Shown: positions 33,501 to 48,800 of the stretch, one piece after another
Numbering within the stretch: the first letter of the stretch is position 1
Layout of the letters: the number at the start of each line of letters is the position of its first letter
Assembly (NCBI GenBank): GCA_964016885.1
Contig: OZ024744.1
Span: forward strand, 101,370,001 to 101,434,000
DNA: 64,000 nucleotides
Direction of reading: 5' to 3'
DNA from: Eledone cirrhosa
Taxonomy: Eukaryota
The notes under the pieces: generated by a model
What the model was told of the DNA's origin: nothing
Seen by the model: the letters and a program-made list of their open reading frames with translations, nothing else
The model's database searches: none
Program-made: the position numbers and the translations under genes

Positions 33501-36500
33501 AAGTTCTCATCTCACACTGTAAAGTGGTCATGTAGGTGTCATTTCAAAAAGCACCCAGTACTCACTGTAAAAGTTGTCTTGTAGGTGTCTTGACAAAAAG
33601 CACCCAGTATTCACTGTAAAGTGGCCATGTAGGTGTCATGAGAAAAAGCACCCAGCCCACATTGTAAAGTGGTCATGGAGGTGTCATTTCAAAAAGCACC
33701 CAGTACTCACTGTAAAGTGGTCGTGTAGGTGTCATGGCAAAAAGCATCCAGTACTCACTGTAAAGTGGTCATGTAGGTGTCATTTCAAAAAGCACCCAGT
33801 ACTCACTGTAAAGTGGTCATGTAGGTGTCATGGCAAAAAGCAGCCAGTACTCACTGTAAAGTGGTCATGTAGGTGTCATGAGAAAAAGCACCCAGCCCAC
33901 ACTGCAAAGTGGTCATGTAGATGACATGACAAAAAGCACCCAGTACACACTGTAAAGTGGTCATGTAGGTGTCATGACAAAAAGCACCCATTACTCACTG
34001 TAAAGTGGTCATGTAGATGTCATGACAAAAAGCACCCAGTAGTCACACTGTATAGTGGTCATGTAGGTGTCATGACAAAAAGCACCCAACCCACACTGTA
34101 AAGTGGTCATGTAGGTGTCATGTAAAAAAGTACCCAGTGCACACTGCAAAGTGGTCATGTAGGTGTCATGACAAAAAGACCCCAGGACACAGTGTAAAGT
34201 GGTCATGTAGGTGTCAAGCAAAAAGCACCCAGACCACACTGTAAGGTGGTCATGTAGGTGTCGTGACCAAAAACACCCAGCCCATACTGTAAGGTAGTCA
34301 TGTAAGTGTCATGACAAAAAGCAGACAGTACTCACTGTAAAGTGGTCATGTAGGTGTCATGAAAAAAATCTCTCAGTCCATACCGTAAAGTGGTCATGTA
34401 GGTGACCACACAAAAAGTACCGAGTCCACACTGTAAAGTGGTCATATAGCTGTCATTACAAAAAGCTCCCAGTACTCACTGTAAAAGTGGTCATGTAGGT
34501 GTCATAACAAAAAACAGCCAGTACTCACTGCAAAGTGGTCTTGTAGGTGTCTTGACAAAAAGCACCCAGTCCACACTGTAAAGTGGACATGTAGGTGTCA
34601 TGACAAAAAGCTGCCAGTCCATACTGTAAAGTGGTCATGTAGGTGACATGCAAAAAGCACCAGGTCCACACTGTAAAGTGGTCATGTAGGTGTCAAGCAA
34701 AACGCACCTAGTCCCACACTGTAAAGTGGTCATGTAGAAATCATGACAAGAAGCACCTAATCCACACTGTAAAGTGGTCATGTAGGTGTCATGACAAAAA
34801 GCACCCAGTCGACACTGTAAAGTGGTCATGTAGATGTCATGACAAAAAACACCCAGTCCACACTGTAAAGTGGTCATGTAGGTGTCATGATAAAAAGCAC
34901 CCAGTCCACACTGTAAAGTGGTCATGTAGATGTCATGACAAAAAGCAGCCAGTCCACACTATAAAGTGGTCATGTAGATGTCATGACAAAAAACACCCAG
35001 TCCACACTGTAAAGTGGTCATGTAGATGTCATGACAAAAAGCACACAGTACACACTGTAAAGTGGTCATGTAGGTGTCATGGCAAAAAGCACCCAGACCA
35101 CACTGTAAAGTGGTCATGTAGGTGTCATGACAAAAAGTTCTCATCTCACACTGTAAAGTGGTCATGTAGGTGTTATTTCAAAAAGCACCCAGTACTCACT
35201 GTAAAAGTTGTCTTGTAGGTGTCTTGACAAAAAGCACCCAGTATTCACTGTAAAGTGGCCATGTAGGTGTCATGAGAAAAAGCACCCAGCCCACATTGTA
35301 AAGTGGTCATGGAGGTGTCATTTCAAAAAGCACCTAGTACTCACTGTAAAGTGGTCGTGTAGGTGTCATGGCAAAAAGCATCCAGTACTCACTGTAAAGT
35401 GGTCATGTAGGTGTCATTTCAAAAAGCACCCAGTACTCACTGTAAAGTGGTCATGTAGGTGTCATGGCAAAAAGCACCCAGTACTCACTGTAAAGTGGTC
35501 ATGTAGGTGTCATGAGAAAAAGCACCCAGCCCACACTGCAAAGTGGTCATGTAGACGTCATGACAAAAAGCACCCAGTACACACTGTAAAGTGGTCATGT
35601 AGGTGTCATGTAAAAAAGTACCCAGTGCACACTGCAAAGTGGTCATGTAGGTGTCATGACAAAAAGACCCCAGGACTCAGTGTAAAGTGGTCATGTAGGT
35701 GTCATGCAAAAAGCACCCAGACCACACTGTAAGGTGGTCATGTAGGTGTCATGACCAAAAGCACCCAGCCCATACTGTAAGGTAGTCATGTAGGTGAGAT
35801 GACAAAAAGCAAACAGTACTCACTGTAAAGAGGTCATGTAGGTGTCATGACAAAAAACACCCAGACCACACGGTAAAGTGGTCATGTAGGTGTCATGAAA
35901 AAAAGCTCTCAGTCCATACTGCAAAGTGGTCATGTAGGTGACCACACAAAAAGTACCCAGTCCACACTGTAAAGTGGTCATATAGCTGTCATTACAAAAA
36001 GCTCCCAGTACTCACTGTAAAACTGGTCATGTAGGTGTCATAACAAAAAACCTACAGTACTCACTGTAAAGTGGTCTTGTAGGTGTCTTGACAAAAAGCA
36101 CCCAGTCCACACTGTAAAATGGACATGTAGGTGTCATGACAAAAAGCTGCCAGTCCATACTGTAAAGTGGTCATGTAGGTGACATGCAAAAAGCACCAGG
36201 TCCACACTGTAAAGTGGTCATGTAGGTGTCAATCAAAACGCACCTAGTCCACACTGTAAAGTGGTCATGTAGATATCATGACAAGAAGCAACTAATCCAC
36301 ACTGTAAAGTGGTCATGTAGGTGTCATGACAAAAAGCACCCAGTCAACACTGTAAAGTGGTCATGTAGATGTCATGACAAAAAGCACCCAGCCCACATTG
36401 TAAAGTGGTCATGGAGGTGTCATTTCAAAAAGCACCCAGTACTCACTATAAAGTGGTCGTGTAGGTGTCATGGCAAAAAGCATCCAGTACTCACTGTAAA

Positions 36501-39298
36501 GTGGTCATGTAGATGTCATGACAAAAAACACCCAGTCCACACTGTAAAGTGGTCATGTAGGTGTCATGATAAAAAACACCCAGTCCACACTGTAAAGTGG
36601 TCATGTAGATGTCATGACAAAAAGCAGCCAGTCCACACTGTAAAGTGGTCATGTAGATGTCATGACAAAAAAAACCCAGTGCACACTGTAAAGTGGTCAT
36701 GTAGATGTCATGACAAAAAGCACACAGTACACACTGTAAAGTGGTCATGTAGGTGTCATGCAAAAAGCACCCAGACCACACTGTAAAGTGGTCATGTAGG
36801 TGTCATGACAAAAAGTTCTCATCTCACACTGTAAAGTGGTCATGTAGGTGTCATTTCAAAAAGCACCCAGTACTCACTGTAAAAGTTGTCTTGTAGGTGT
36901 CTTGACAAAAACACCCAGTACTCACTGTAAAGTGGTCATGTAGGTGTCATGAGAAAAAGCACCCAGCCCACACTGTAAAGTGGTCATGTAGGTGTCATTT
37001 CAAAAAGCACCCAGTACTCACTGTAAATTGGTCATGTAGGTGTCATGGCAAAAATCACCCAGTACCAACTGTAAAGTGGTCATGTAGGTGTCATGAGAAA
37101 AAGCACCCAGTACTCACTGTAAAGTGGTCATGTATGTGTTATGACAAAAAGCTCTCAGCCCACACTGTAAAGTGGTCATGTAGGTGTCATTTCAAAAAGC
37201 ACCCAGTACTCACTGTAAAAGTGGTCTTGTAGGTGTCTTGACAAAAAGCACCCAGTACTCACTGTAAAATCGCCATGTAGGTGTCATGAGAAAAAGCACC
37301 CAGTCCACACTGTGAAGTGGACATGTAGGTGTCATGACAAAAAGCTGTCAGTCCATACTGTAAAGTGGTCATGTAGATGTCATTTCAAAAAGCACACAGT
37401 ACTCACTGTAAAGTGGTCATTTAGGTGTCATGGCAAAAAGCACCCAGTACTCACTGTAAAGTGGTCATGTAGGTGTCATGCAAAAAGCACCCAGACCACA
37501 CTGTAAAGTGGTCATGTAGGTGTCATGACAAAAAGTTCTCATCTCACACTGTAGAGTGGTCATGTAGGTGTCATTTCAAAAAGCACCCAGTACTCACTGT
37601 AAAAGTTGTCTTGTAGGTGTCTTGACAAAAACACCCAGTATTCACTGTAAAGTGGCCATGTAGGTGTCATGAGAAAAAGCACCCAGCCCACATTGTAAAG
37701 TGGTCATGGAGGTGTCATTTCAAAAAGCACCCAGTACTCACTGTAAAGTGGTTGTGTAGGTGTCATGGCAAAAAGCATCCAGTACTCACTGTAAAGTGGT
37801 CATGTAGGTGTCATTTCAAAAAGCACACAGTACACACTGTAAAGTGGTCATATAGGTGTCATGGCAAAAATCACCCAGTACTCACTGTAAAGTGGTCATG
37901 TAGGTGTCATGAGAAAAAGCACCCAGCCCACACTGCAAAGTGGTCATGTAGGTGTCATTTCAAAAACCACCCAGTACACACTGTAAAGTGGTCATGTAGG
38001 TGTCATGGCAAAAAGCACCCAGTACTCAATGTAAAGTGGTCATGTAGGTGTCATGAGAAAAAGCACCCAGCCCACACTGCAAAGTGGTCATGTAGATGTC
38101 ATGACAAAAAGCACCCAGTACACACTGTAAAGTGGTCATGTAGGTGTCATGACAAAAAGCACCCATTACTCACTGTAAAGTGGTCATGTAGATGTCATGA
38201 CAAAAAGCACCCAGTAGTCACACTGTATAGTGGTCATGTAGGTGTCATGACAAAAAGCACCCAACCCACACTGTAAAGTGGTCATGTAGGTGTCATGTAA
38301 AAAAGTACCCAGTGCACACTGCAAAGTGGTCATGTAGGTGTCATGACAAAAAGACCCCAGGACTCAGTGTAAAGTGGTCATGTAGGTATCATGCAAAAAG
38401 CACCCAGACCACACTGTAAGGTGGTCATGTAGGTGTCATGACCAAAAGCACCCAGACCACACTGTAAGGTAGTCATGTAGGTGTCATGACAAAAAGCAGA
38501 CAGTACTCACTGTAAAGTGGTCATGTAGGTGTCATGAAAAAAAGCTCTCAGTCCATACCGTAAAGTGGTCATGTAGGTGACCACACAAAAAGTACCCAGT
38601 CCACACTGTAAAGTGGTCATATAGCTGTCATTACAAAAAGCTCCCAGTACTCACTGTAAAAGTGGTCATGTAGGTGTCATAACAAAAAACAGCCAGTACT
38701 CACTGTAAAGTGGTCTTGTAGGTGTCATGACAAAAAGCACCCAGTCGACACTGTAAAGTGGTCATGTAGGTGTCATGAAAAAAAGCTCTCAGTCCATACT
38801 GTAAAGTGGTCATGTAGGTGACCACACAAAAAGTACCCAGTCCACACTGTAAAGTGGTCATATAGCTGTCATTACAAAAAGCTCCCAGTACTCACTGTAA
38901 AAGTGGTCATGTAGGTGTCATAACAAAAAAACAGCCTGTACTCACTGTAAAGTGGTCTTGTAGGTGTCTTGACAAAAAGCTGCCAGTCCATACTATAAAG
39001 TGGTCATGTAGGTGACATGCAAAAAGCACCAGGTCCACACTGTAAAGTGGTCATGTAGGTGTCAAGCAAAACGCACCTAGTCCACACTGTAAAGTGGTCA
39101 TGTAGATATCATGACAAGAAGCACCTAATCCACACTGTAAAGTGGTCATGTAGGTGTCATGACAAAAAGCACCCAGTCGACACTGTAAAGTGGTCATGTA
39201 GATGTCAGGAGAAAAAACACCCAGTCCACACTGTAAAGTGGTCATGTAGGTGTCATGATAAAAAGCACCCAGTCCACACTGTAAAGTGGTCATGTAGA

Positions 39299-42200
39299 TG
39301 TCATGACAAAAAACACCCAGTCCACACTGTAAAGTGGTCATGTAGATGTCATGACAAAAAGCACACGGTACACACTGTAAAGTGGTCATGTAGGTGTCAT
39401 GACAAAAAGCACCCAGACCACACTGTAAAGTGGTCATGTAGGTGTCATGACAAAAAGTTCTCATCCCACACTGTAACGTGGTCATGTAGGTGTCATTTCA
39501 AAAAGCACCCAGTACTCACTGTAAAAGTTGTCTTGTAGGTGTCTTGACAAAAAGCACCCAGTATTTACTGTAAAGTGGCCATGTAGGTGTCATGAGAAAA
39601 AGCACCCAGCCCACACTGCAAAGTGGTCATGTAGGTGTCATTTCAAAAACCACCCTGTCCACACTGTAAAGTGGTCATGTAGATGTCATGACAAAAAGCA
39701 CACAGTACACACTGTAAAGTGTTCATGTAGGTGTCATGACAAAAAGCACCCAGACCACACTGTAAAGTGGTCATGTAGGTGTCATGACAAAAAGTTCTCA
39801 TCCCACACTGTAAAGTGGTCATGTAGGTGTCATTTCAAAAAGCACCCAGTACTCACTGTAAAAGTTCTCTTGTAGGTGTCTTGACAAAAAGCACCCAGTA
39901 TTCACTGTAAAGTGGCCATGTAGGTGTCATGAGAAAAAGCACCCAGCCCACATTGTAAAGTGGTCATGGAGGTGTCATTTCAAAAAGCACCCAGTACTCA
40001 CTGTAAAGTGGTCGTGTAGGTGTCATGGCAAAAAGCATCCAGGACTCACTGTAAAGTGGTCATGTAGGTGTCATTTCAAAAAGCACCCAGTACTGACTGT
40101 AAAGTGGTCATGTAGGTGTCATGGCAAAAAGCACCCAGTACTCACTGTAATGTGGTCATGTAGGTGTCATGAGAAAAAGCACCCAGCCCACACTGCAATG
40201 TGGTCATGTAGATGTCATGACGAAAAGCACCCAGTACACACTGTAAATTGGTCATGTAGGTGTCATGACAAAAAGCACCCATTACTCACTGTAAAGTGGT
40301 CATGTAGATGTCGTGACAAAAAGCACCCAGTAGTCACACTGTATAGTGGTCATGTAGGTGTCATGACAAAAAGACCCCAGGACTCAGTGTAAAGTGGTCA
40401 TGTAGGTGTCATGCAAAAAGCACCCAGACCACACTGTAAGGTGGTCATGTAGGTGTCATGATCAAAAACACCCAGCCCATACTGTAAGGTAGTCATGTAG
40501 GTGTCATGACAAAAAGCAGACAGTACTCACTGTAAAGTGGTCATGTAGGTGTCATGACAAAAAACACCCAGACCACACGGTAAAGTGGTCATGTAGGTGT
40601 CATGAAAAAAAGCTCTCAGTCCATACTGTAAAGTGGTCATGTAGGTGACCACACAAAAAGTACCCAGTCCACACTGTAAAGTGGTCATATAGCTGTCATT
40701 ACAAAAAGCTCCCAGTACTCACTGTAAAAGTGCTCATGTAGGTGTCATAACAAAAAACAGCCAGTACTCACTGTAAAGTGGTCTTGTAGGTGTCTTGACA
40801 AAAAGCACCCAGTCCACACTGTAAAGTGGACATGTAGGTGTCATGACAAAAAGCTGCCAGTCCATACTGTAAAGTGGTCATGTAGGTGACATGCAAAAAG
40901 CACCAGGTCCACACTGTAAAGTGGTCATGTAGGTGTCAAGCAAAACGCACCTAGTCCACACCGTAAAGTGGTCATGTAGATATCATGACAAGAAGCACCT
41001 AATCCACACCGTAAAGTGGTCATGTAGGTGACCACACAAAAAGTACCCAGTGCACACTGTAAAGTGGTCATATAGCTGTCATTACAAAAAGCTCCCAGTA
41101 CTCACTGTAAAAGTGGTCATGTAGGTGTCATAACAAAAAGCACCCAGTCGACACTGTAAAGTGGTCATGTAGATGTCATGACAAAAAACACCCAGTCCAC
41201 ACTATAAAGTGGTCATGTAGGTGTCATGATAAAAAGCACCCAGTCCACACTGTAAAGTGGTCATGTAGATGTCATGACAAAAGCAGCCAGTCCACACTGT
41301 AAAGTGGTCATGTAGATGTCATGACAAAAAACACCCTGTCCACACTGTAAAGTGGTCGTGTAGGTGTCATGACAAAAAGCACACAGTACACACTGTAAAG
41401 TGTTCATGTAGGTGTCATGACAAAAAGCACCCAGACCACACTGTAAAGTGGTCATGTAGGTGTCATGACAAAAAGTTCTCATCCCACTGTAAAGTGGTCA
41501 TGTAGGTGTCATTTCAAAAAGCACCCAGTACTCACTGTAAAAGTTCTCTTGTAGGTGTCTTGACAAAAAGCACCCAGTATTCACTGTAAAGTGGCCATGT
41601 AGGTGTCATGACAAAAAACACCCAGTCCACACTGTAAAGTGGTCATGTAGATGTCATGACAAAAAGCACACGGTACACACTGTAAAGTGGTCATGTAGGT
41701 GTCATGACAAAAAGCACCCAGACCACACTGTAAAGTGGTCATGTAGGTGTCATGACAAAAAGTTCTCATCCCACACTGTAACGTGGTCATGTAGGTGTCA
41801 TTTCAAAAAGCACCCAGTACTCACTGTAAAAGTTGTCTTGTAGGTGTCTTGACAAAAAGCACCCAGTATTTACTGTAAAGTGGCCATGTAGGTGTCATGA
41901 GAAAAAGCACCCAGCCCACACTGCAAAGTGGTCATGTAGGTGTCATTTCAAAAACCACCCTGTCCACACTGTAAAGTGGTCATGTAGATGTCATGACAAA
42001 AAGCACACAGTACACACTGTAAAGTGTTCATGTAGGTGTCATGACAAAAAGCACCCAGACCACACTGTAAAGTGGTCATGTAGGTGTCATGACAAAAAGT
42101 TCTCATCCCACACTGTAAAGTGGTCATGTAGGTGTCATTTCAAAAAGCACCCAGTACTCACTGTAAAAGTTCTCTTGTAGGTGTCTTGACAAAAAGCACC

Positions 42201-43908
42201 CAGTATTCACTGTAAAGTGGCCATGTAGGTGTCATGAGAAAAAGCACCCAGCCCACATTGTAAAGTGGTCATGGAGGTGTCATTTCAAAAAGCACCCAGT
42301 ACTCACTGTAAAGTGGTCGTGTAGGTGTCATGGCAAAAAGCATCCAGGACTCACTGTAAAGTGGTCATGTAGGTGTCATTTCAAAAAGCACCCAGTACTG
42401 ACTGTAAAGTGGTCATGTAGGTGTCATGGCAAAAAGCACCCAGTACTCACTGTAAAGTGGTCATGTAGGTGTCATGAGAAAAAGCACCCAGCCCACACTG
42501 CAATGTGGTCATGTAGATGTCATGACGAAAAGCACCCAGTACACACTGTAAATTGGTCATGTAGGTGTCATGACAAAAAGCACCCATTACTCACTGTAAA
42601 GTGGTCATGTAGATGTCGTGACAAAAAGCACCCAGTAGTCACACTGTATAGTGGTCATGTAGGTGTCATGACAAAAAGACCCCAGGACTCAGTGTAAAGT
42701 GGTCATGTAGGTGTCATGCAAAAAGCACCCAGACCACACTGTAAGGTGGTCATGTAGGTGTCATGATCAAAAACACCCAGCCCATACTGTAAGGTAGTCA
42801 TGTAGGTGTCATGACAAAAAGCAGACAGTACTCACTGTAAAGTGGTCATGTAGGTGTCATGACAAAAAACACCCAGACCACACGGTAAAGTGGTCATGTA
42901 GGTGTCATGAAAAAAAGCTCTCAGTCCATACTGTAAAGTGGTCATGTAGGTGACCACACAAAAAGTACCCAGTCCACACTGTAAAGTGGTCATATAGCTG
43001 TCATTACAAAAAGCTCCCAGTACTCACTGTAAAAGTGCTCATGTAGGTGTCATAACAAAAAACAGCCAGTACTCACTGTAAAGTGGTCTTGTAGGTGTCT
43101 TGACAAAAAGCACCCAGTCCACACTGTAAAGTGGACATGTAGGTGTCATGACAAAAAGCTGCCAGTCCATACTGTAAAGTGGTCATGTAGGTGACATGCA
43201 AAAAGCACCAGGTCCACACTGTAAAGTGGTCATGTAGGTGTCAAGCAAAACGCACCTAGTCCACACCGTAAAGTGGTCATGTAGATATCATGACAAGAAG
43301 CACCTAATCCACACCGTAAAGTGGTCATGTAGGTGACCACAAAAAAAGTACCCAGTGCACACTGTAAAGTGGTCATATAGCTGTCATTACAAAAAGCTCC
43401 CAGTACTCACTGTAAAAGTGGTCATGTAGGTGTCATAACAAAAAGCACCCAGTCGACACTGTAAAGTGGTCATGTAGATGTCATGACAAAAAACACCCAG
43501 TCCACACTATAAAGTGGTCATGTAGGTGTCATGATAAAAAGCACCCAGTCCACACTGTAAAGTGGTCATGTAGATGTCATGACAAAAGCAGCCAGTCCAC
43601 ACAGTAAAGTGGTCATGTAGATGTCATGACAAAAAACACCCTGTCCACACTGTAAAGTGGTCGTGTAGGTGTCATGACAAAAAGCACACAGTACACACTG
43701 TAAAGTGTTCATGTAGGTGTCATGACAAAAAGCACCCAGACCACACTGTAAAGTGGTCATGTAGGTGTCATGACAAAAAGTTCTCATCCCACTGTAAAGT
43801 GGTCATGTAGGTGTCATTTCAAAAAGCACCCAGTACTCACTGTAAAAGTTCTCTTGTAGGTGTCTTGACAAAAAGCACCCAGTATTCACTGTAAAGTGGC
43901 CATGTAGG
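39299..43908 (+). repeat. Higher-order tandem duplication, period 2,305 bp (48 monomers)
   Basis: Matching ORF pairs 39528/41833 and 41261/43566 and shared rare variants (gcacacggta, ctgtaacgtg, aaaagttctctt); only a few mismatches seen. Confidence 0.9.
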
Positions 43909-45883
43909 TGTCATGAGAAAAAGCACCCAGCCCACATTGTAAAGTGGTCATGGAGGTGTCATTTCAAAAAGCACTCAGTACTCACTGTAAAGTGGTCGTG
44001 TAGGTGTCATGGCAAAAAGCATCCAGGACTCACTGTAAAGTGGTCATGTAGGTGTCATTTCAAAAAGCACCCAGTACTCACTGTAAAGTGGTCATGTAGG
44101 TGTCATGGCAAAAAGCACCCAGTACTCACTGTAAAGTGGTCATGTATGTGTCATGAGAAAAAGCACCCAGCCCACACTGCAAAGTGGTCATGTAGATGTC
44201 ATGACAAAAAGCACCCATTACTCACTGTAAAGTGGTCATGTAGATGTCATGACAAAAAGCACCCAGTAGTCACACTGTATAGTGGTCATGTAGGTGTCAT
44301 GACAAAACGACCCCAGGACTCAGTGTAAAGTGGTCATGTAGGTGTCATTCAAAAAGCACCCATTACTCACTGTAAGGTGGTCATGTAGGTGTCATGACCA
44401 AAAACACCCAGCCCATACTGTAAGGTAGTCATGTAGGTGTCATGACAAAAAGCAGACAGTACTCACTGTAAAGTGGTCATGTAGGTGTCATGACAAAAAA
44501 CACCCAGACCACACGGTAAAGTGGTCATGTAGGTGTCATGAAAAAAAGCTCTCAGTCCATACCGTAAAGTGGTCATGTAGGTGACCACACAAAAATACCC
44601 AGTCCACACTGTAAAGTGGTCATATAGCTGTCATTACAAAAAGCTCCCAGTACTCACTGTAAAAGTGGTCATGTAGGTGTCATAACAAAAAACAGCCAGT
44701 ACTCACTGTAAAGTGGTCTTGTAGGTGTCTTGACAAAAAGCACCCAGTCCACACTGTAAAGTGGACATGTAGGTGTCATGACAAAAAGCTGCCAGTCCAT
44801 ACTGTAAAGTGGTCATGTAGGTGACATGCAAAAAGCACCTAGTCCACACTGTAAAGTGGTCATGTAGGTGTCAAGCAAAACGCACCTAGTCCACACTGAA
44901 AAGTGGTCATGTAGATAACATGACAAGAAGCACCTAATCCACACTGTAAAGTGGTCATGTAGGTGTCATGACAAAAAGCACCCAGTCGACACTGTAAAGT
45001 GGTCATGTAGATGTCATGACAAAAAACACCCAGTCCACACTGTAAAGTAGTCATGTAGGTGTCATGATAAAAAGCACCCAGTCCACACTGTAAAGTGGTC
45101 ATGTAGATGTCATGACAAAAAGCAGCCAGTCCACACTGTAAAGTGGTCATGTAGATGTCATGACAAAAAACACCCAGTCCACACTGTAAAGTGGTCATGT
45201 AGATGTCATGACAAAAAGCACACAGTACACACTGTAAAGTGGTCATGTAGGTGTCATTTCAAAAAGAACCCAGTACTCACTGTAAAAGTTGTCTTGTAGG
45301 TGTCTTGACAAAAAGCACCCAGTATTCACTGTAAAGTGGTCGTGTAGGTGTCATGGCAAAAAGCATCCAGTACTCACTGTAAAGTGGTCATGTAGGTGTC
45401 ATTTCAAAAAGCACCCAGTACTCACTGTAAAGTGGTCATGTAGGTGTCATGGCAAAAAGCACCCAGTACTCACTGTAAAGTGGTCATGTAGGTGTCATGA
45501 GAAAAAGCACCCAGCCCACACTGCAAAGTGGTCATGTAGATGTCATGACAAAAAGCACCCAGTACACACTGTAAAGTGGTCATGTAGGTGTCATGACAAA
45601 AAGCACCCATTACTCACTGTAAAGTGGTCATGTAGATGTCATGACAAAAAGCACCCAGTAGTCACACTGTATAGTGGTCATGTAGGTGTCATGACAAAAA
45701 GCACCCAACCCACATTGTAAAGTGGTCATGTAGGTGTCATGTAAAAAAGTACCCAGTGCACACTGCAAAGTGGTCATGTAGGTGTCATGAAAAAAGACCC
45801 CAGGACTCAGTGTAAAGTGGTCATGTAGGTGTCATGCAAAAAGCACCCAGACCACACTGTAAGGTGGTCATGTAGGTGTCATG

Positions 45884-48800
45884 ACCAAAAGCACCCAGCC
45901 CATACTGTAAGGTAGTCAAGTAGGTGTCATGACAAAAAGCAGACAGTACTCACTGTAAAGTGGTCATGTAGGTGTCATGACAAAAAACACCCAGACCACA
46001 CGGTAAAGTGGTCATGTAGGTGTCATGAAAAAAAGCTCTCAGTCCATACTGTAAAGTGGTCATGTAGGTGACCACACAAAAAGTACCCAGTCCACACTGT
46101 AAAGTGGTCATATAGCTGTCATTACAAAAAGCTCCCAGTACTCACTGTAAAAGTGGTCAGGTAGGTGTCATAACAAAAAACAGCCAGTACTCACTGTAAA
46201 GTGGTCTTGTAGGTGTCTTGACAAAAAGCACCCAGTCCACACTGTAAAGTGGACATGTAGGTGTCATGACAAAAAGCTGCCAGTCCATACTGTAAAGTGG
46301 TCATGTAGGTGACATGAAAAAAGCACCAGGTCCACACTGTAAAGTGGTCATGTAGGTGTCATGCAAAACGCACCTAGTCCACACTGTAAAGTGGTCATGT
46401 AGATATCATGACAAGAAGCACCTAATCCACACTGTAAAGTGGTCATGTAGGTGTCATGACATAAAGCACCCAGTCGACACTGTAAAGTGGTCATGTAGAT
46501 GTCATGACAAAAAACACCCAGTCCACACTGTAAAGTGGGCATGTAGGTGTCATGTCAAAAAGCGCCCATTACTCACAGTAAAGTGGTCATGTAGGTGTCA
46601 TGACAAAAAGCAGCCAGTCCACACTGTAAAGTGGTCATGTAGATATCATGACAAAAAAAACCCAGTCCACACTGTAAAGTGGTCATGTAGATGTCATGAC
46701 AAAAAGCACACAGTACACACTGCAAAGTGGTCATGTAGGTGTCATGACAAAAAGCACCCAGTACTCACTGTAAAGTGGTCATGTAGGTGTCATGAGAAAA
46801 AGCACCCAGCCCACACTGTCTAGTGGTCATGTAGGTGTCATTTCAAAAAGCACCCAGTACTCACTGTAAAGTAGTCATGTAGGTGTCATGTCAAAAAGCG
46901 CCCAGTACACACAGTAAAGTGGTCATGTAGGTGTCATGACAAAAAGCTCTAAGCCCACACTGTAAAGTGGTCATGTAGGTGTCATTTCAAAAAGCACCCA
47001 GTACTCACTGTAAAGTGGTCATGTAGGTGTCATGTCAAAAAGCACCCAGTACTCACTGTAAAGTGGTCATGTAGGTGTCATGAGAAAAAGCACCCAGTAC
47101 TCACTGTAAAGTGGTCATGTAGGTGTCATGACAAAAAGCTCTCAGCCCACACTGTAAAGTGGTCATGTAGGTGTCATTTCAAAGAGCACCCAGTACTCAC
47201 TGTAAAAGTGGTCTTGTAGGTGTCTTGACAAAAAGCACCCAGTACTCACTGTACAATGGCCATGTAGGTGTCATGAGAAAAAGCACCCAGTCCACACTGT
47301 GAAGTGGACATGTAGGTGTCATGACAAAAAGCTGTCAGTCCATACTGTAAAGTGGTCATGTAGGTGTCATTTCAAAAAGCACCCAGTACTCACTGTATAG
47401 TGGTGATTTAGGTGTCATGGCAAAAAGCACCCAGTACTCACTGTAAAGTGGTCATGTAGGTGTCATGCAAAAAGCACCCAGACCACACTGTAAAGTGGTC
47501 ATGTAGGTGTCATGACAAAACGTTCTCATCTCACACTGTAAAGTGGTCATGTAGGTGTCATTTCAAAAAGCACCCAGTACTCACTGTAAAAGTTGTCTTG
47601 TAGGAGTCTTGACAAAAACACCCAGTATCCACTGTAAAGTGGCCATGTAGGTGTCATGAGAAAAAGCACCCAGGCCACATTGTAAAGTGGTCATGGAGGT
47701 GTCATTTCAAAAAGCACCCAGTACTCACCGTAAAGTGGTCATGTAGGTGTCATGGCAAAAAGCACCCAGTACTCACTGTAAAGTGGTCATGTAGGTGTCA
47801 TGGCAAAAAGCACCCAGTAGTCACACTGTATAGTGGTGATGTAGGTGTCATGACAAAAAGCACCCAACCCACACTGTAAAGTGGTCATGTAGGTGTCATG
47901 TAAAAAAGTACACAGTGCACACTGCAAAGTGGTCATGTAGGTGTCATGACAAAAAGACCGCAGGACTCAGTGTAAAGTGGTCATGTAGGTGTCATGCAAA
48001 AAGCACCCAGACCACACTGTAAGGTGGTCATGTAGGTGTCATCACCAAAAGCACCCAGCCCATACTGTAAGGTAGTCAAGTAGGTGTCATGACAAAAAGC
48101 AGACAGTACTCACTGTAAAGTGGTCATGTAGGTGTCATGACAAAAAACACCCAGACCACACGGTAAAGTGGTCATGTAGGTGTCATGAAAAAAAGCTCTC
48201 AGTCCATACTGTAAAGTGGTCATGTAGGTGACCACACAAAAAGTACCCAGTCCACACTGTAAAGTGGTCATATAGCTGTCATTACAAAAAGCTCCCAGTA
48301 CTCACTGTAAAAGTGGTCAGGTAGGTGTCATAACAAAAAACAGCCAGTACTCACTGTAAAGTGGTCTTGTAGGTGTCTTGACAAAAAGCACCCAGTCCAC
48401 ACTGTAAAGTGGACATGTAGGTGTCATGACAAAAAGCTGCCAGTCCATACTGTAAAGTGGTCATGTAGGTGACATGAAAAAAGCACCAGGTCCACACTGT
48501 AAAGTGGTCATGTAGGTGTCATGCAAAACGCACCTAGTCCACACTGTAAAGTGGTCATGTAGATATCATGACAAGAAGCACCTAATCCACACTGTAAAGT
48601 GGTCATGTAGGTGTCATGACATAAAGCACCCAGTCGACACTGTAAAGTGGTCATGTAGATGTCATGACAAAAAACACCCAGTCCACACTGTAAAGTGGGC
48701 ATGTAGGTGTCATGTCAAAAAGCGCCCATTACTCACAGTAAAGTGGTCATGTAGGTGTCATGACAAAAAGCAGCCAGTCCACACTGTAAAGTGGTCATGT

